DNA of 64,000 nt from Eledone cirrhosa (lineage: Eukaryota), in the NCBI GenBank assembly GCA_964016885.1, contig OZ024747.1, positions 80,042,001 through 80,106,000 of the forward strand, written 5' to 3'. Below are positions 22,001 to 32,047 of the stretch, piece after piece. Under the pieces are notes generated by a model. That model was not told where the DNA came from, ran no database searches, and saw only the letters and a list, made by a program, of their open reading frames with translations. The stretch's first letter is position 1, and each line of letters opens with the position of its first letter. The position numbers and the translations under genes were made by a program.

Positions 22001-22466
22001 CTAATCCCACACAGTCCCAGCGTGCATCTAAGATCCCGTTCCAGTCGCCCACTAACACTAAAGAGCGGGACGTTCCAAGAAAGGTCTCCAGACGCCGGAA
22101 GAAATCAGGCCGCCCTGCTCCTGTCGGGGCATAGACGGCCACTAGCCTGAAAGCTTGCCCGTCTCCGCTGGTCACGTCCAGCACCACCAGCTTACCCTCT
22201 GGGTCCAGGAAGATGGCCCGTATGGCGAGATCCAAACCTCTCCGAAAAAGCACAGCAACTCCTCCACCGGATCCAGGACGGCTGGGAGATGCGTACACAT
22301 CGAAGCCGCCGAAGATCGGTGCGAAGGCCCGTGCTTCGGAGATTCTGGTCTCGCTGATGGCCACTACATCTATGTTTAGTGACCTGAGGTCGTTGAGCAG
22401 GTGACCCTGCTTCCATGACGACCCCAAGCCACGCGCATTTATGCTGCCTATTCTGAGTGAGGTCAT
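19047..22466 (-). CDS. ORF2 APE-RT, copy 4, 1139 aa
   Basis: Intact, same motifs. Confidence 0.97.
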   Translation of the reverse strand: MTSLRIGSINARGLGSSWKQGHLLNDLRSLNIDVVAISETRISEARAFAPIFGGFDVYASPSRPGSGGGVAVLFRRGLDLAIRAIFLDPEGKLVVLDVTSGDGQAFRLVAVYAPTGAGRPDFFRRLETFLGTSRSLVLVGDWNGILDARWDCVGLADRGGGCKSLTNLLRRFELSDRYRLDFPNVPMWTWTNRIGSSRSYLDRVFCREIDRSSIGSPQFKIVSYTDHKFVICVLDLDRLHRRGPGYWKLNASLPARKAYRDRISELVKRALTGAIVNNKWWFALKRAIRIESIRFSKALAIEKNRAEGELVRKLDEALSKGIATDVLAAKLALDQFFNAKHEGCVVRARVRALRHEGTKAVQWARVAEARRGNKATIRSLVDHDGRMLLDPGQMCEAFQRHFAQLFGGSGGPGRGMDFSVYLDGLPRLSATEAKCCEKPITAAEVREAMTGCTRGKSPGLDGLPYELYVQMPDLFGGLLADVYCNWQQNGRIPSSVSRGAVALLRKDPNKGDNIDNFRPITLLNTEFKILAKVLAKRLALVVGGLVGEAQTCAIPDRSIHDNLHLMRYIVERVAREPGTGGSLINLDQSKAFDRVDHRYLAAVLRAAGFGPVFRGWIAAMHSDICSVVRVNGHLSEPFNIMRSVRQGCPLSSLLYVLTLEPLLHKLETLRGVPRELGCGRSVSAYADDVTVVVSNAKHIEAIGTTLREYEAVTGAMINQEKSVGLQLGTWRGRSMPSNSVVGRWTDGPVKLLGVWFGPDLQTDKNWDEVTSRVASLTQKWAERKLSLKGRAEVANAYIASVICYRLTVVPCPKPRLTVLERLLFRFLWKGRAPMVRRSICCQHPLRGGLGMPWLMMRRHALRLRHLHLFLDGDQVWSPFARRVFPQLVSLTELQSWVKRRPRGSAWRLECLQALTALDQSGNVIGGNSTSAFYRGLVEGKSDDVLGETLGVDENQLANLFGRTFGPGPMDNFQKSLAWQCYRGALPVRDKLYRHGGAVSRACPRCAQGDETVLHALVQCPKIADLWVYVEHLLSRLGRIQLSSESIVRIAPPSSFSREGQAVFICLVAMAKEIVWWTRLKGLKTSTYLFGDALIDFFKFHLKRKIRVEKEVLSSQHFVERWVREARMARVNGPTLSIYL

Positions 22467-22501
22467 GTTTAAAATAGAGTGGAAAAGATGGGAAAGACCA
22501 C

Positions 22502-24601
22502 TTACCGTACTTTTGGTAGAGGAGGGATGGTTTTTACATCCCTTTTCACTTGATCGTCTGGTGAAGGGACCGTTGAATCGTCCCTTCGGCTGGTCGTCGG
22601 CTCTTCTAAGAGAATGTCTGAGTATACTCTTCGATTGATGGTTCCTCCTAGGTCCCTGAAATCACCAACTGCGTTGGGGAATTTCGTTTTAATATTTGTG
22701 TATTGTTTCTGTGCTATTTTTAGCAGTCTTATGTTAGTTGGCGTTTTGATTGGTGCTGGTATTATGTAGTCCTGTTGTGAAATGTCTGTGTGTTCAATTA
22801 TGTAAGTCATTAGTTTCTTGTTGTGTGTATTTATTGCCGTGCATTTGTTTTTCTGGGGGTGGGGTGTGGTTCTGCTATTTTCTTGTCGTTGTTGCTGGGT
22901 GTGTGTGTTTTGTTGTTGTGTTTGCGATGTTGGTGCTTGTGGTGGTGGTGTTGAAGGTGTTGTTGGCGGTGGGGTTGTCGCCGGTGGTGATGGTGGCGCT
23001 AGTGTGGGTGGTGATGGTGTTGGTGTTGTTGCTGCTGTGGGTCTCTTTGCAGTAGACTTTACCCTTTTCTCATTTCTTTCCTCACTTTTCAAAGGCGACG
23101 ATGCGCTGCTTCTGCGTTTGTGCCTTCTTACGACCTTTTGCCATCTCTCTCCCACCTCACACTCCATGTCTGATTCTGTGAGGTCGGGGAGGGGTACCAA
23201 CTCCACTCTTTCACTTGTTGTTGTTGGTGATGTTTGCACTGGAGTCTCTGTTGCAGCTGCATTTGGTATTGCTGTTGTTGTTGTTAGTATTTCCACTGCT
23301 GCTGCTGTTTTTGATTTCCGTGGAGTGGGTATGGGTGCCACGGACCTATCGTTCCTGGTTGCCGCTTGTCCTGTTGCTGGTAGCCGTGGAACCGGATTCG
23401 GGAGGAGGGGGGTTTTCTCCTTTCTCAGGGTCTTCTCGTTGCAGAAGGCCCTGAGGTGAGTCTTCGATCCACAGCGAAAGCATTTCGGGCGTTTGCCCTC
23501 AACACTTATGGGCAGTTGAGTGCCGTTATCGAAGTCTATCACATCCGGGATAGCTTCGATGCACTCCTGGTTGGTTTGGATTAGCATCTCAATGGAGGAG
23601 CCGACCCAATCTTCTCTTACTTTTTTTTTCTGTACTTGCAGTACAGTTGTTTTGTCCTCGATTCCGACGAGGACAGACGCGGCCAGCCAAGAAGGGGTCA
23701 TTCCGGGGGGGACGTGGGTCAGTTTGACCCTCACAATTTTTTGCCCGCAGTAGGAGGGCACCAACACCATTTCCTCGCTCCTTAGGGTCACTACTGATTG
23801 GGCCTTTGCCTCCTGGGGTGTGGCAAAAAGTACGTCTACGGTGGCGTATTTTTTGCCTCGGGTGATGTGCGTTTTCCTCTGCCACACAGACCCCAAGGCT
23901 TTTTGTATTTGGGCCTCTGTGGCTCTTTCCACCCTACGGGATTTTGTACTTACTGTACGGTACGTGACCGTACAGTGCTCTTGGGTTTCGAAAAAATTTT
24001 TCGCTGCCTTGCAGATTGCTCGGTGTCCGTTCTTTGTCACCATCTTCTTCGCTTCCTCTAATTCCTCATTTGTTATGAGGATTGTTTCCAGGTTTTTCGC
24101 AATACCTGCAAATGAGATTGGTTTTTCTCTGCTGTTGTTGTTGTCGTCAGAGCTGCTGGTACTTTTGTTGTTGCTGCAGGTACTACGACTACTGCCTCCG
24201 CCGCTGTTGCTGTGGTTGTTGTTGGTGTTGCTGTTGCTAATGCTGTTGTTGTTTATGCTGCTGGTGATGCTGTTGCGGCTGCTACTGTTGTTTTCATTGT
24301 CACTGTTGCTGTTGTTATTACGGCTGCTACTGCTATTATTCCTGACGTCAGACGAATGAACTGGGTTTTCGTATTTCCCGCACACCTGTTTCGTCGCTGT
24401 CGTCGTCGTCGTGGAGAAACCTTGCACGCTTTGCACGAGACTTTTCTTTTCTTTCGTCGCTTGCGAAAGAGAAGGGAGGGAGAGAGACACATTTAAAGAA
24501 GGGAGGGAGAGAGACAATCTTCTCTCTGCTGTAGTGATGATTGAGGAAGAAGAAGACGGAATGAGTGGGAGTGACGTATGAAATTTTTTTTTCGTAGCCA
24601 T
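22502..24601 (-). CDS. ORF1, copy 4, 699 aa
   Basis: Intact; in-frame extra Lys (QKKKVRE). Confidence 0.9.
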   Translation of the reverse strand: MATKKKFHTSLPLIPSSSSSIITTAERRLSLSLPSLNVSLSLPSLSQATKEKKSLVQSVQGFSTTTTTATKQVCGKYENPVHSSDVRNNSSSSRNNNSNSDNENNSSSRNSITSSINNNSISNSNTNNNHSNSGGGSSRSTCSNNKSTSSSDDNNNSREKPISFAGIAKNLETILITNEELEEAKKMVTKNGHRAICKAAKNFFETQEHCTVTYRTVSTKSRRVERATEAQIQKALGSVWQRKTHITRGKKYATVDVLFATPQEAKAQSVVTLRSEEMVLVPSYCGQKIVRVKLTHVPPGMTPSWLAASVLVGIEDKTTVLQVQKKKVREDWVGSSIEMLIQTNQECIEAIPDVIDFDNGTQLPISVEGKRPKCFRCGSKTHLRAFCNEKTLRKEKTPLLPNPVPRLPATGQAATRNDRSVAPIPTPRKSKTAAAVEILTTTTAIPNAAATETPVQTSPTTTSERVELVPLPDLTESDMECEVGERWQKVVRRHKRRSSASSPLKSEERNEKRVKSTAKRPTAATTPTPSPPTLAPPSPPATTPPPTTPSTPPPQAPTSQTQQQNTHTQQQRQENSRTTPHPQKNKCTAINTHNKKLMTYIIEHTDISQQDYIIPAPIKTPTNIRLLKIAQKQYTNIKTKFPNAVGDFRDLGGTINRRVYSDILLEEPTTSRRDDSTVPSPDDQVKRDVKTIPPLPKVR

Positions 24602-24837
24602 GTTGTTTTTTGTTTAAAATGAAATTTTGGGTACAAAACCCCAATAACTGGTTATTTAACCCCGAAGGGCCAAATAACGGACAGAAAGACCCCTCTCACG
24701 AGGAGGAGGGTGTCTTTATCAACAATTTGGTTCAAGTTTTAAACAATTTACAATTGTTTTAACGGTTAAAAATTACTATACCTTACAGAGCCGAGCCTCC
24801 GTCAACCATGGCATTCAATAATAATAATAATAATAAT

Positions 24838-25247
24838 AGCGCAGGAGCAGGCCCTTAAAACGAAGTGGTTGAAACACCATATTTACAAGGAGGAGGCTAG
24901 CCCACTGTGCAGGATCTGTGGAGAGAGAGAGGAGACTGTGGCTCACATTGTATCCGAGTGTAAACACCTAGCCCAGACTCACTATAAGGGCTGGAGACAT
25001 GATGTGATGGGCAGGGTGATCCACTGGCACCTATGCAAAGTAAACAATTTACCACATTCTGAGAAGTGGTATGAGCATAAGCCAGAGTCGGTGATAGAAA
25101 ACGATCAGGTGAAGGTGCTGTGGGATTTTAGGATACAGACGGACAAGGAACTGGAACACAATAGACCTGACCTGGTGGTTTTGGACAAGGAAAAAAATCG
25201 TGCCTGATTGTGGATGTGGCCTGCCCATTCCACACGAGAGTGCAAAG
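24838..25247 (+). pseudogene. R4/Dong-like RLE fragment, third copy
   Basis: Identical translation and same frameshift. Confidence 0.85.
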
Positions 25248-25253
25248 AACAAC

Positions 25254-25291
<38 letters not shown>

Positions 25292-25551
25292 TTTCTTTAT
25301 TAACCACAAGGGTTTACATAAAGTAGACATTAAGGACAGTGCAGGACAATGCAGGACGGTACAAATGGGCATTTCTGCGTGTAAAAAAACAAAAACAGAG
25401 GATGTAACAAAAATAACAATGAAAATAACAATGAAAAATTCCCCAATAGGGGGGAGACTTCGGAGGGACATTTGTGGAGAAAGCCCAGTAAAAAGCCACA
25501 ATGACCCTGACCACCAAGGCAAGTGCCCTCTCCCAGTTTTCCACCTTTAGT

Positions 25552-28500
25552 TTACAGATATATACTCAGAGTCGGCCCATTCACTCGGGCCATTCTTGCT
25601 TCTCTCACCCATCTTTCAACAAAATGCTGGGAAGAGAGCACTTCCCTCTCTACTCTGATTTTCCTTTTCAAATGAAATTTGAAAAAGTCAATCAGAGCAT
25701 CACCGAAGAGGTAAGTGCTCGTCTTCAGCCCTTTCAAACGTGTCCACCATACTATCTCTTTCGCCATGGCCACCAGACAGATAAAAACTGCCTGCCCTTC
25801 CCGGCTAAAGGAGGAGGGCGGGGCAATCCTCACGATGGACTCAGATGATAGCTGGATCCGTCCTAAACGCGACAGCAGGTGTTCGACATAAACCCACAAG
25901 TCAGCAATTTTCGGACACTGGACGAGTGCGTGCAGGACGGTTTCGTCGCCCTGCGCGCATCTCGGACATGCCCGGCTGACGGCACCTCCATGCCTGTAGA
26001 GTTTATCCCGAACTGGCAAGGCTCCTCGGTAGCACTGCCAGGCCAGAGATTTCTGGAAGTTGTCCATAGGCCCTGGCCCGAAAGTTCTTCCGAAGAGATT
26101 GGCTAGTTGATTTTCGTCGACGCCTAGAGTTTCCCCAAGTACGTCGTCGCTCTTCCCCTCCACTAATCCTCTATAGAACGCCGAGGTGGAGTTTCCACCG
26201 ATCACATTGCCCGATTGGTCGAGGGCTGTGAGCGCCTGAAGACATTCCAGTCTCCAGGCGCTCCCTCTCGGTCTTCGCTTGACCCAGGACTGCAGCTCCG
26301 TCAAGGAAACGAGCTGGGGAAAAACGCGTCTAGCAAACGGCGACCACACCTGATCACCGTCGAGGAAGAGGTGGAGATGTCGTAGCCTGAGCGCGTGCCT
26401 GCGCATCATCAGCCACGGCATGCCCAGCCCTCCACGTAGCGGGTGTTGACAACAGATGGACCGCCTGACCATCGGAGCACGTCCCTTCCACAAAAAGCGA
26501 AAGAGCAAACGCTCCAGCGCAGTCAGGCGAGGCTTAGGACAAGGTACGACGGTTAGGCGGTAGCAGATGACAGACGCGATGTACGCGTTAGCCACCTCCG
26601 CTCGACCTTTCAGGGATAGCTTCCTCTCCGCCCATTTCTGGGTGAGAGAAGCCACCCTGCTCGTCACCTCGTCCCAGTTTTTGTCCGTCTGGAGGTCCGG
26701 ACCGAACCAGACCCCTAGCAATTTAACCGGTCCGTCCGTCCAGCGCCCGACGACGCTGTTGGACGGCATGGACCTGCCTCTCCAGGTGCCGAGCTGCAGG
26801 CCCACTGACTTTTCCTGGTTGATCATTGCTCCTGTCACCGCTTCGTATTCTCTTAGTGTAGTGCCGATCGCCTCGATGTGTTTGGCGTTCGACACCACTA
26901 CGGTGACATCGTCCGCATATGCTGACACGGATCTTCCGCATCCTAGTTCGCGCGGGACTCCCCTCAACGTCTCCAGTTTGTGCAGTAATGGCTCGAGAGT
27001 CAATACGTACAAGAGGGACGAGAGGGGACATCCTTGGCGGACCGAGCGCATGATGTTGAACGGTTCCGACAGGTGACCGTTCACTCTCACCACAGAGCAG
27101 ATGTCGCTGTGCATGGCAGCGATCCAGCCTCTGAAGACGGGCCCAAAGCCAGCCGCCCTCAGGACTGCCGCTAGGTAACGATGGTCGACCCTATCGAAAG
27201 CTTTCGACTGATCTAAATTGATCAAGGACCCACCCGTGCCAGGTTCCCTAGCTACCCTCTCTACGATGTATCGCATGAGGTGGAGGTTGTCGTGGATGGA
27301 TCTGTCGGGAATGGCGCATGTCTGCGCCTCTCCCACCAGACCACCAACGACAAGCGCCAACCTCTTTGCTAGCACCTTGGCCAAAATCTTAAACTCTGTG
27401 TTTAGCAGAGTTATGGGCCGGAAATTGTCTATGTTATCCCCCTTGTTCGGATCCTTTCTCAGCAGTGCCACCGCTCCTCGGCTCACAGAACTGGGAATTC
27501 TCCCGTTCTGTTGCCAGTTGCAGTAGACGTCCGCCAAGAGGCCTCCGAACAAGTCTGGCATCTGTACGTAAAGTTCATAGGGCAGACCATCCAAACCAGG
27601 CGATTTACCCCTTGTGCAGCCAGTCATTGCCTCCCGTACTTCAGCGGCTGTTATCGGCTTTTCGCAACACCTCGCCTCAGTGGCCGAGAGCCGCGGCAGC
27701 CCGTCGAGGTAGACACTAAAGTCCATCCCTCTACCCGGCCCCCCGCTGCCCCCGAACAGCTGAGCGAAGTGTCGCTGAAAAGCTTCACACATTTGCCCGG
27801 GATCGAGTAGCATGCGCCCGTCGTGGTCCACCAAAGACCGGATCGTGGCTTTGTTGCCACGACGCGCCTCCGCCACTCGGGCCCATTGAACGGCTTTCGT
27901 CCCCTCGTGTCTGAGAGCACGCACCCTAGCTCTGACAACGCAGCCTTCGTGCTTTGCATTGAAGAATTGGTCAAGGGCCAATTTCGCCGCAAGCACGTCG
28001 GTCGCAATGCCTTTGCTAAGCGCCTCGTCTAATTTTCTAACTAGTTCTCCCTCTGCTCTATTTTTCTCTATTGCTAAAGCCTTACTAAACCTAATCGATT
28101 CTATTCTAATCGCTCTTTTCAGAGCAAACCACCACTTGTTGTTGACGATGGCCCCCGTCAACGCCCGCTTAACTAGTTCGCTAATCCGGTCTCTGTAGGC
28201 CTTGCGCGCTGGTAAGGACGCGTTTAGCTTCCAGTAGCCGGGTCCTCGTCTATGAAGCCTATCTAAGTCAAGCACACAGATCACGAATTTGTGGTCCGTG
28301 TAGCTGACTATCTTGAATTGTGGACAGCCTATGCTAGACCTATCTATTTCCCTACAAAATACTCTATCTAGATATGATCTGGATGACCCTATGCGGTTTG
28401 TCCAAGTCCACATTGGCACATTCGGGAAATCCAATCGGTACCTGTCAGACAGTTCAAAACGCCTGAGCAGGTTGGTGAGGCTCTTGCACCCTCCACCCCT

Positions 28501-28971
28501 ATCCGCTAATCCCACACAGTCCCAGCGTGCATCTAAGATCCCGTTCCAGTCGCCCACTAACACTAAAGAGCGGGACGTTCCAAGAAAGGTCTCCAGACGC
28601 CGGAAGAAATCAGGCCGCCCTGCTCCTGTCGGGGCATAGACGGCCACTAGCCTGAAAGCTTGCCCGTCTCCGCTGGTCACGTCCAGCACCACCAGCTTAC
28701 CCTCTGGGTCCAGGAAGATGGCCCGTATGGCGAGATCCAAACCTCTCCGAAAAAGTACAGCAACTCCTCCACCGGATCCAGGACGGCTGGGAGATGCGTA
28801 CACATCGTAGCCGCCGAAGATCGGTGCGAAGGCCCGTGCTTCGGAGATTCTGGTCTCGCTGATGGCCACTACATCTATGTTTAGTGACCTGAGGTCGTTG
28901 AGCAGGTGACCCTGCTTCCATGACGACCCCAAGCCACGCGCATTTATGCTGCCTATTCTGAGTGAGGTCAT
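25552..28971 (-). CDS. ORF2 APE-RT, copy 5, 1139 aa
   Basis: Intact, same motifs. Confidence 0.97.
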   Translation of the reverse strand: MTSLRIGSINARGLGSSWKQGHLLNDLRSLNIDVVAISETRISEARAFAPIFGGYDVYASPSRPGSGGGVAVLFRRGLDLAIRAIFLDPEGKLVVLDVTSGDGQAFRLVAVYAPTGAGRPDFFRRLETFLGTSRSLVLVGDWNGILDARWDCVGLADRGGGCKSLTNLLRRFELSDRYRLDFPNVPMWTWTNRIGSSRSYLDRVFCREIDRSSIGCPQFKIVSYTDHKFVICVLDLDRLHRRGPGYWKLNASLPARKAYRDRISELVKRALTGAIVNNKWWFALKRAIRIESIRFSKALAIEKNRAEGELVRKLDEALSKGIATDVLAAKLALDQFFNAKHEGCVVRARVRALRHEGTKAVQWARVAEARRGNKATIRSLVDHDGRMLLDPGQMCEAFQRHFAQLFGGSGGPGRGMDFSVYLDGLPRLSATEARCCEKPITAAEVREAMTGCTRGKSPGLDGLPYELYVQMPDLFGGLLADVYCNWQQNGRIPSSVSRGAVALLRKDPNKGDNIDNFRPITLLNTEFKILAKVLAKRLALVVGGLVGEAQTCAIPDRSIHDNLHLMRYIVERVAREPGTGGSLINLDQSKAFDRVDHRYLAAVLRAAGFGPVFRGWIAAMHSDICSVVRVNGHLSEPFNIMRSVRQGCPLSSLLYVLTLEPLLHKLETLRGVPRELGCGRSVSAYADDVTVVVSNAKHIEAIGTTLREYEAVTGAMINQEKSVGLQLGTWRGRSMPSNSVVGRWTDGPVKLLGVWFGPDLQTDKNWDEVTSRVASLTQKWAERKLSLKGRAEVANAYIASVICYRLTVVPCPKPRLTALERLLFRFLWKGRAPMVRRSICCQHPLRGGLGMPWLMMRRHALRLRHLHLFLDGDQVWSPFARRVFPQLVSLTELQSWVKRRPRGSAWRLECLQALTALDQSGNVIGGNSTSAFYRGLVEGKSDDVLGETLGVDENQLANLFGRTFGPGPMDNFQKSLAWQCYRGALPVRDKLYRHGGAVSRACPRCAQGDETVLHALVQCPKIADLWVYVEHLLSRLGRIQLSSESIVRIAPPSSFSREGQAVFICLVAMAKEIVWWTRLKGLKTSTYLFGDALIDFFKFHLKRKIRVEREVLSSQHFVERWVREARMARVNGPTLSIYL

Positions 28972-29006
28972 GTTTAAAATAGAGTGGAAAAGATGGGAAA
29001 GACCAC

Positions 29007-31103
29007 TTACCGTATTTTTGGTAGAGGAGGGATGGTTTTTACATCCCTTTTCACTTGATCGTCTGGTGAAGGGACCGTTGAATCGTCCCTTCGGCTGGTC
29101 GTCTGCTCTTCTAAGAGAATGTCTGAATATACTCTTCGATTAATGGTTCCTCCTAGGTCCCTGAAATCACCAACTGCGTTGGGAAATTTCGTTTTAATAT
29201 TTGTGTATTGTTTCTGTGCTATTTTTAGCAGTCTTATGTTAGTTGGCGTTTTGATTGGTGCTGGTATTATGTAGTCCTGTTGTGAAATGTCTGTGTGTTC
29301 AATTATGTAAGTCATTAGTTTCTTGTTGTGTGTGTTTATTGCCGTGCATTTGTTTTTCTGGGGGTGGGGTGTGGTTCTGCTATTTTCTTGTCGTTGTTGC
29401 TGGGTGTGTGTGTTTTGTTGTTGTGTTTGCGATGTTGGTGCTTGTGGTGGTGGTGTTGAAGGTGTTGTTGGCGGTGGGGTTGTCGCCGGTGGTGATGGTG
29501 GTGCTGGTGTGGGTGGTGATGGTGTTGGTGGTGTTGCTGCTGTGGGTCTCTTTGCAGTAGACTTTACCCTTTTCTCATTTCTTTCCTCCCTTTTCAAAGG
29601 CGACGATGCGCTGCTTCTGCGTTTGTGCCTTCTTGAGACCTTTTGCCATCCCTCTCCCACCTCACACTCCATGTCTGATTCTGTAAGGTCGGGGAGGGGT
29701 ACCAGCTCCACTCTTTCACTTGTTGTTGTTGGTGATGTTTGCACTGGAGTCTCTGTTGCAGCTGCATTTGGTATTGCTGTTGTTGTTGTTAATATTTCCA
29801 CTGCTGCTGCTGTCTTTGATTTCCGTGGAGTGGGTATGGGTGCCACGGACCTATCGTTCCTGGTTGCCGCTTGTCCTGTTGCTGGTAGCCGTGGAACCGG
29901 ATTCGGGAGGAGGGGGGTTTTCTCCTTTCTCAGGGTCTTCTCGTTGCAGAAGGCCCTGAGGTGAGTCTTCGATCCACAGCGAAAGCATTTCGGGCGTTTG
30001 CCCTCAACACTTATGGGCAGTTGAGTGCCGTTATCGAAGTCTATCACATCCGGGATAGCTTCGATGCACTCCTGGTTGGTTTGGATTAGCATCTCAATGG
30101 AGGAGCCGACCCAATCTTCTCTTACTTTTTTCTGTACTTGCAGTACAGTTGTTTTGTCCTCGATTCCGATTAGGACAGACGCGGCCAGCCAAGAAGGGGT
30201 CATTCCGGGGGGGACGTGGGTCAGTTTGACCCTCACAATTTTTTGCCCGCAGTAGGAGGGCACCAACACCATTTCCTCGCTCCTTAGGGTCACTACTGAT
30301 TGGGCCTTTGCCTCCTGGGGTGTGGCAAAAAGTACGTCTACGGTGGCATATTTTTTGCCTCGGGTGATGTGAGTTTTCCGCTGCCACACAGACCCCAAGG
30401 CTTTTTGTATTTGGGCCTCTGTGGCTCTTTCCACCCTACGGGATTTTGTACTTACTGTACGGTACGTGACCGTACAGTGCTCTTGGGTTTTGAAAAATTT
30501 TTCCGCTGCCTTGCAGATTGCTCGGTGTCCGTTCTTTGTCACCATCTTCTTCGCTTCCTCTAATTCCTCATTTGTTATGAGGATTGTTTCCAAGTTTTTC
30601 GCAATACCTGCAAATGAGATTGGTTTTTCTCTGCTGTTGTTGTTGTCGTCAGAGCTGCTGGTACTTTTGTTGTTGCTGCAGGTACTACGACTACTGCCTC
30701 CGCCGCTGTTGCTGTGGTTGTTGTTGGTGTTGCTGCTGCTAATGCTGTTGTTGTTTATGCTGCTGGTGATGCTGTTGCGGCTGCTACTGTTGTTTTCATT
30801 GTCACTGTTGCTGTTGTTATTACGGCTGCTACTGCTATTATTCCTGACGTCAGACGAATGAACTGGGTTTTCGTATTTCCCGCACACCTGTTTCGTCGCT
30901 GTCGTCGTCGTCGTGGAGAAACCTTGCACGCTTTGCACGAGACTTTTCTTTTCTTTCGTCGCTTGCGAAAGAGAAGGGAGGGAGAGAGACACATTTAAAG
31001 AAGGGAGGGAGAGAGACAATCTTCTCTCTGCTGTAGTGATGATTGAGGAAGAAGAAGACGGAATGAGTGGGAGTGACGTATGAAATTTTTTTTTCGTAGC
31101 CAT
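29007..31103 (-). CDS. ORF1, copy 5, 698 aa
   Basis: Intact, CCHC knuckle. Confidence 0.9.
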   Translation of the reverse strand: MATKKKFHTSLPLIPSSSSSIITTAERRLSLSLPSLNVSLSLPSLSQATKEKKSLVQSVQGFSTTTTTATKQVCGKYENPVHSSDVRNNSSSSRNNNSNSDNENNSSSRNSITSSINNNSISSSNTNNNHSNSGGGSSRSTCSNNKSTSSSDDNNNSREKPISFAGIAKNLETILITNEELEEAKKMVTKNGHRAICKAAEKFFKTQEHCTVTYRTVSTKSRRVERATEAQIQKALGSVWQRKTHITRGKKYATVDVLFATPQEAKAQSVVTLRSEEMVLVPSYCGQKIVRVKLTHVPPGMTPSWLAASVLIGIEDKTTVLQVQKKVREDWVGSSIEMLIQTNQECIEAIPDVIDFDNGTQLPISVEGKRPKCFRCGSKTHLRAFCNEKTLRKEKTPLLPNPVPRLPATGQAATRNDRSVAPIPTPRKSKTAAAVEILTTTTAIPNAAATETPVQTSPTTTSERVELVPLPDLTESDMECEVGEGWQKVSRRHKRRSSASSPLKREERNEKRVKSTAKRPTAATPPTPSPPTPAPPSPPATTPPPTTPSTPPPQAPTSQTQQQNTHTQQQRQENSRTTPHPQKNKCTAINTHNKKLMTYIIEHTDISQQDYIIPAPIKTPTNIRLLKIAQKQYTNIKTKFPNAVGDFRDLGGTINRRVYSDILLEEQTTSRRDDSTVPSPDDQVKRDVKTIPPLPKIR

Positions 31104-31339
31104 GTTGTTTTTTGTTTAAAATGAAATTTTGGGTACAAAACCCCAATAACTGGTTATTTAACCCCGAAGGGCCAAATAACGGACAGAAAGACCCCTCTCA
31201 CGAGGAGGAGGGTGTCTTTATCAACAATTTGGTTCAAGTTTTAAACAATTTACAATTGTTTTAACGGTTAAAAATTACTATACCTTACAGAGCCGAGCCT
31301 CCGTCAACCATGGCATTCAATAATAATAATAATAATAAT

Positions 31340-31749
31340 AGCGCAGGAGCAGGCCCTTAAAACGAAGTGGTTGAAACACCATATTTACAAGGAGGAGGCT
31401 AGCCCACTGTGCAGGATCTGTGGAGAGAGAGAGGAGACTGTGGCTCACATTGTATCCGAGTGTAAACACCTAGCCCAGACTCACTATAAGGGCTGGAGAC
31501 ATGATGTGATGGGCAGGGTGATCCACTGGCACCTATGCAAAGTAAACAATTTACCACATTCTGAGAAGTGGTATGAGCATAAGCCAGAGTCGGTGATAGA
31601 AAACGATCAGGTGAAGGTGCTGTGGGATTTTAGGATACAGACGGACAAGGAACTGGAACACAATAGACCTGACCTGGTGGTTTTGGACAAGGAAAAAAAT
31701 CGTGCCTGATTGTGGATGTGGCCTGCCCATTCCACACGAGAGTGCAAAG
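31340..31749 (+). pseudogene. R4/Dong-like RLE fragment, fourth copy (array boundary)
   Basis: Identical translation; followed by AACAAC(AAT)21 and then non-array sequence. Confidence 0.85.
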
Positions 31750-31755
31750 AACAAC

Positions 31756-31818
<63 letters not shown>

Positions 31819-31819
<1 letters not shown>

Positions 31820-32000
31820 GTTTCTACTTTTGGCACACGGCCAGCAATGATCCCAGTGCATTACTGGTACTTTATTTTATCGACCTCGAAAGGATGAAAG
31901 GCAGGGTTAACCTCGGCGTGATTTGAACTCAGATCGTAAAGGGACGTAACTACGCTAGAAAGCATGTCTGACCCTCTACCAATACTGCCAATTCACAACC
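31819..32000 (-). mobile_element. tRNA-derived SINE with Deu/Nin-like domain and (ATT)n tail
   Basis: Minus strand has B-box-like GAGTTCAAAT and CCTTTCATCCTTTCGAGGTCGATAAAATAAAGTACCAGT; family recurs several times in the window. Confidence 0.75.
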
Positions 32001-32004
32001 CTAG

Positions 32005-32045
<41 letters not shown>

Positions 32046-32047
<2 letters not shown>

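Larger units (their letters stand above)
18785..24816 (-). mobile_element. Full-length L1/Tx1-clade retrotransposon, copy 4
   Basis: Same termini and (AAT)n flanks. Confidence 0.95.
25290..31318 (-). mobile_element. Full-length L1/Tx1-clade retrotransposon, copy 5
   Basis: Same termini and (AAT)n flanks. Confidence 0.95.

Noticed and set aside
63-31146. Many short ORFs overlapping ORF1/ORF2 on the opposite strand or in other frames (e.g. 169, 213 and 179 aa)
   Set aside because: Shadows of the retrotransposon ORFs and their triplet repeats; they recur only because the element is repeated
1-31818. Telomeric retrotransposon array (HeT-A/TART-like)
   Set aside because: No telomeric repeats or chromosome-end evidence in the window; cannot be supported without the left flank
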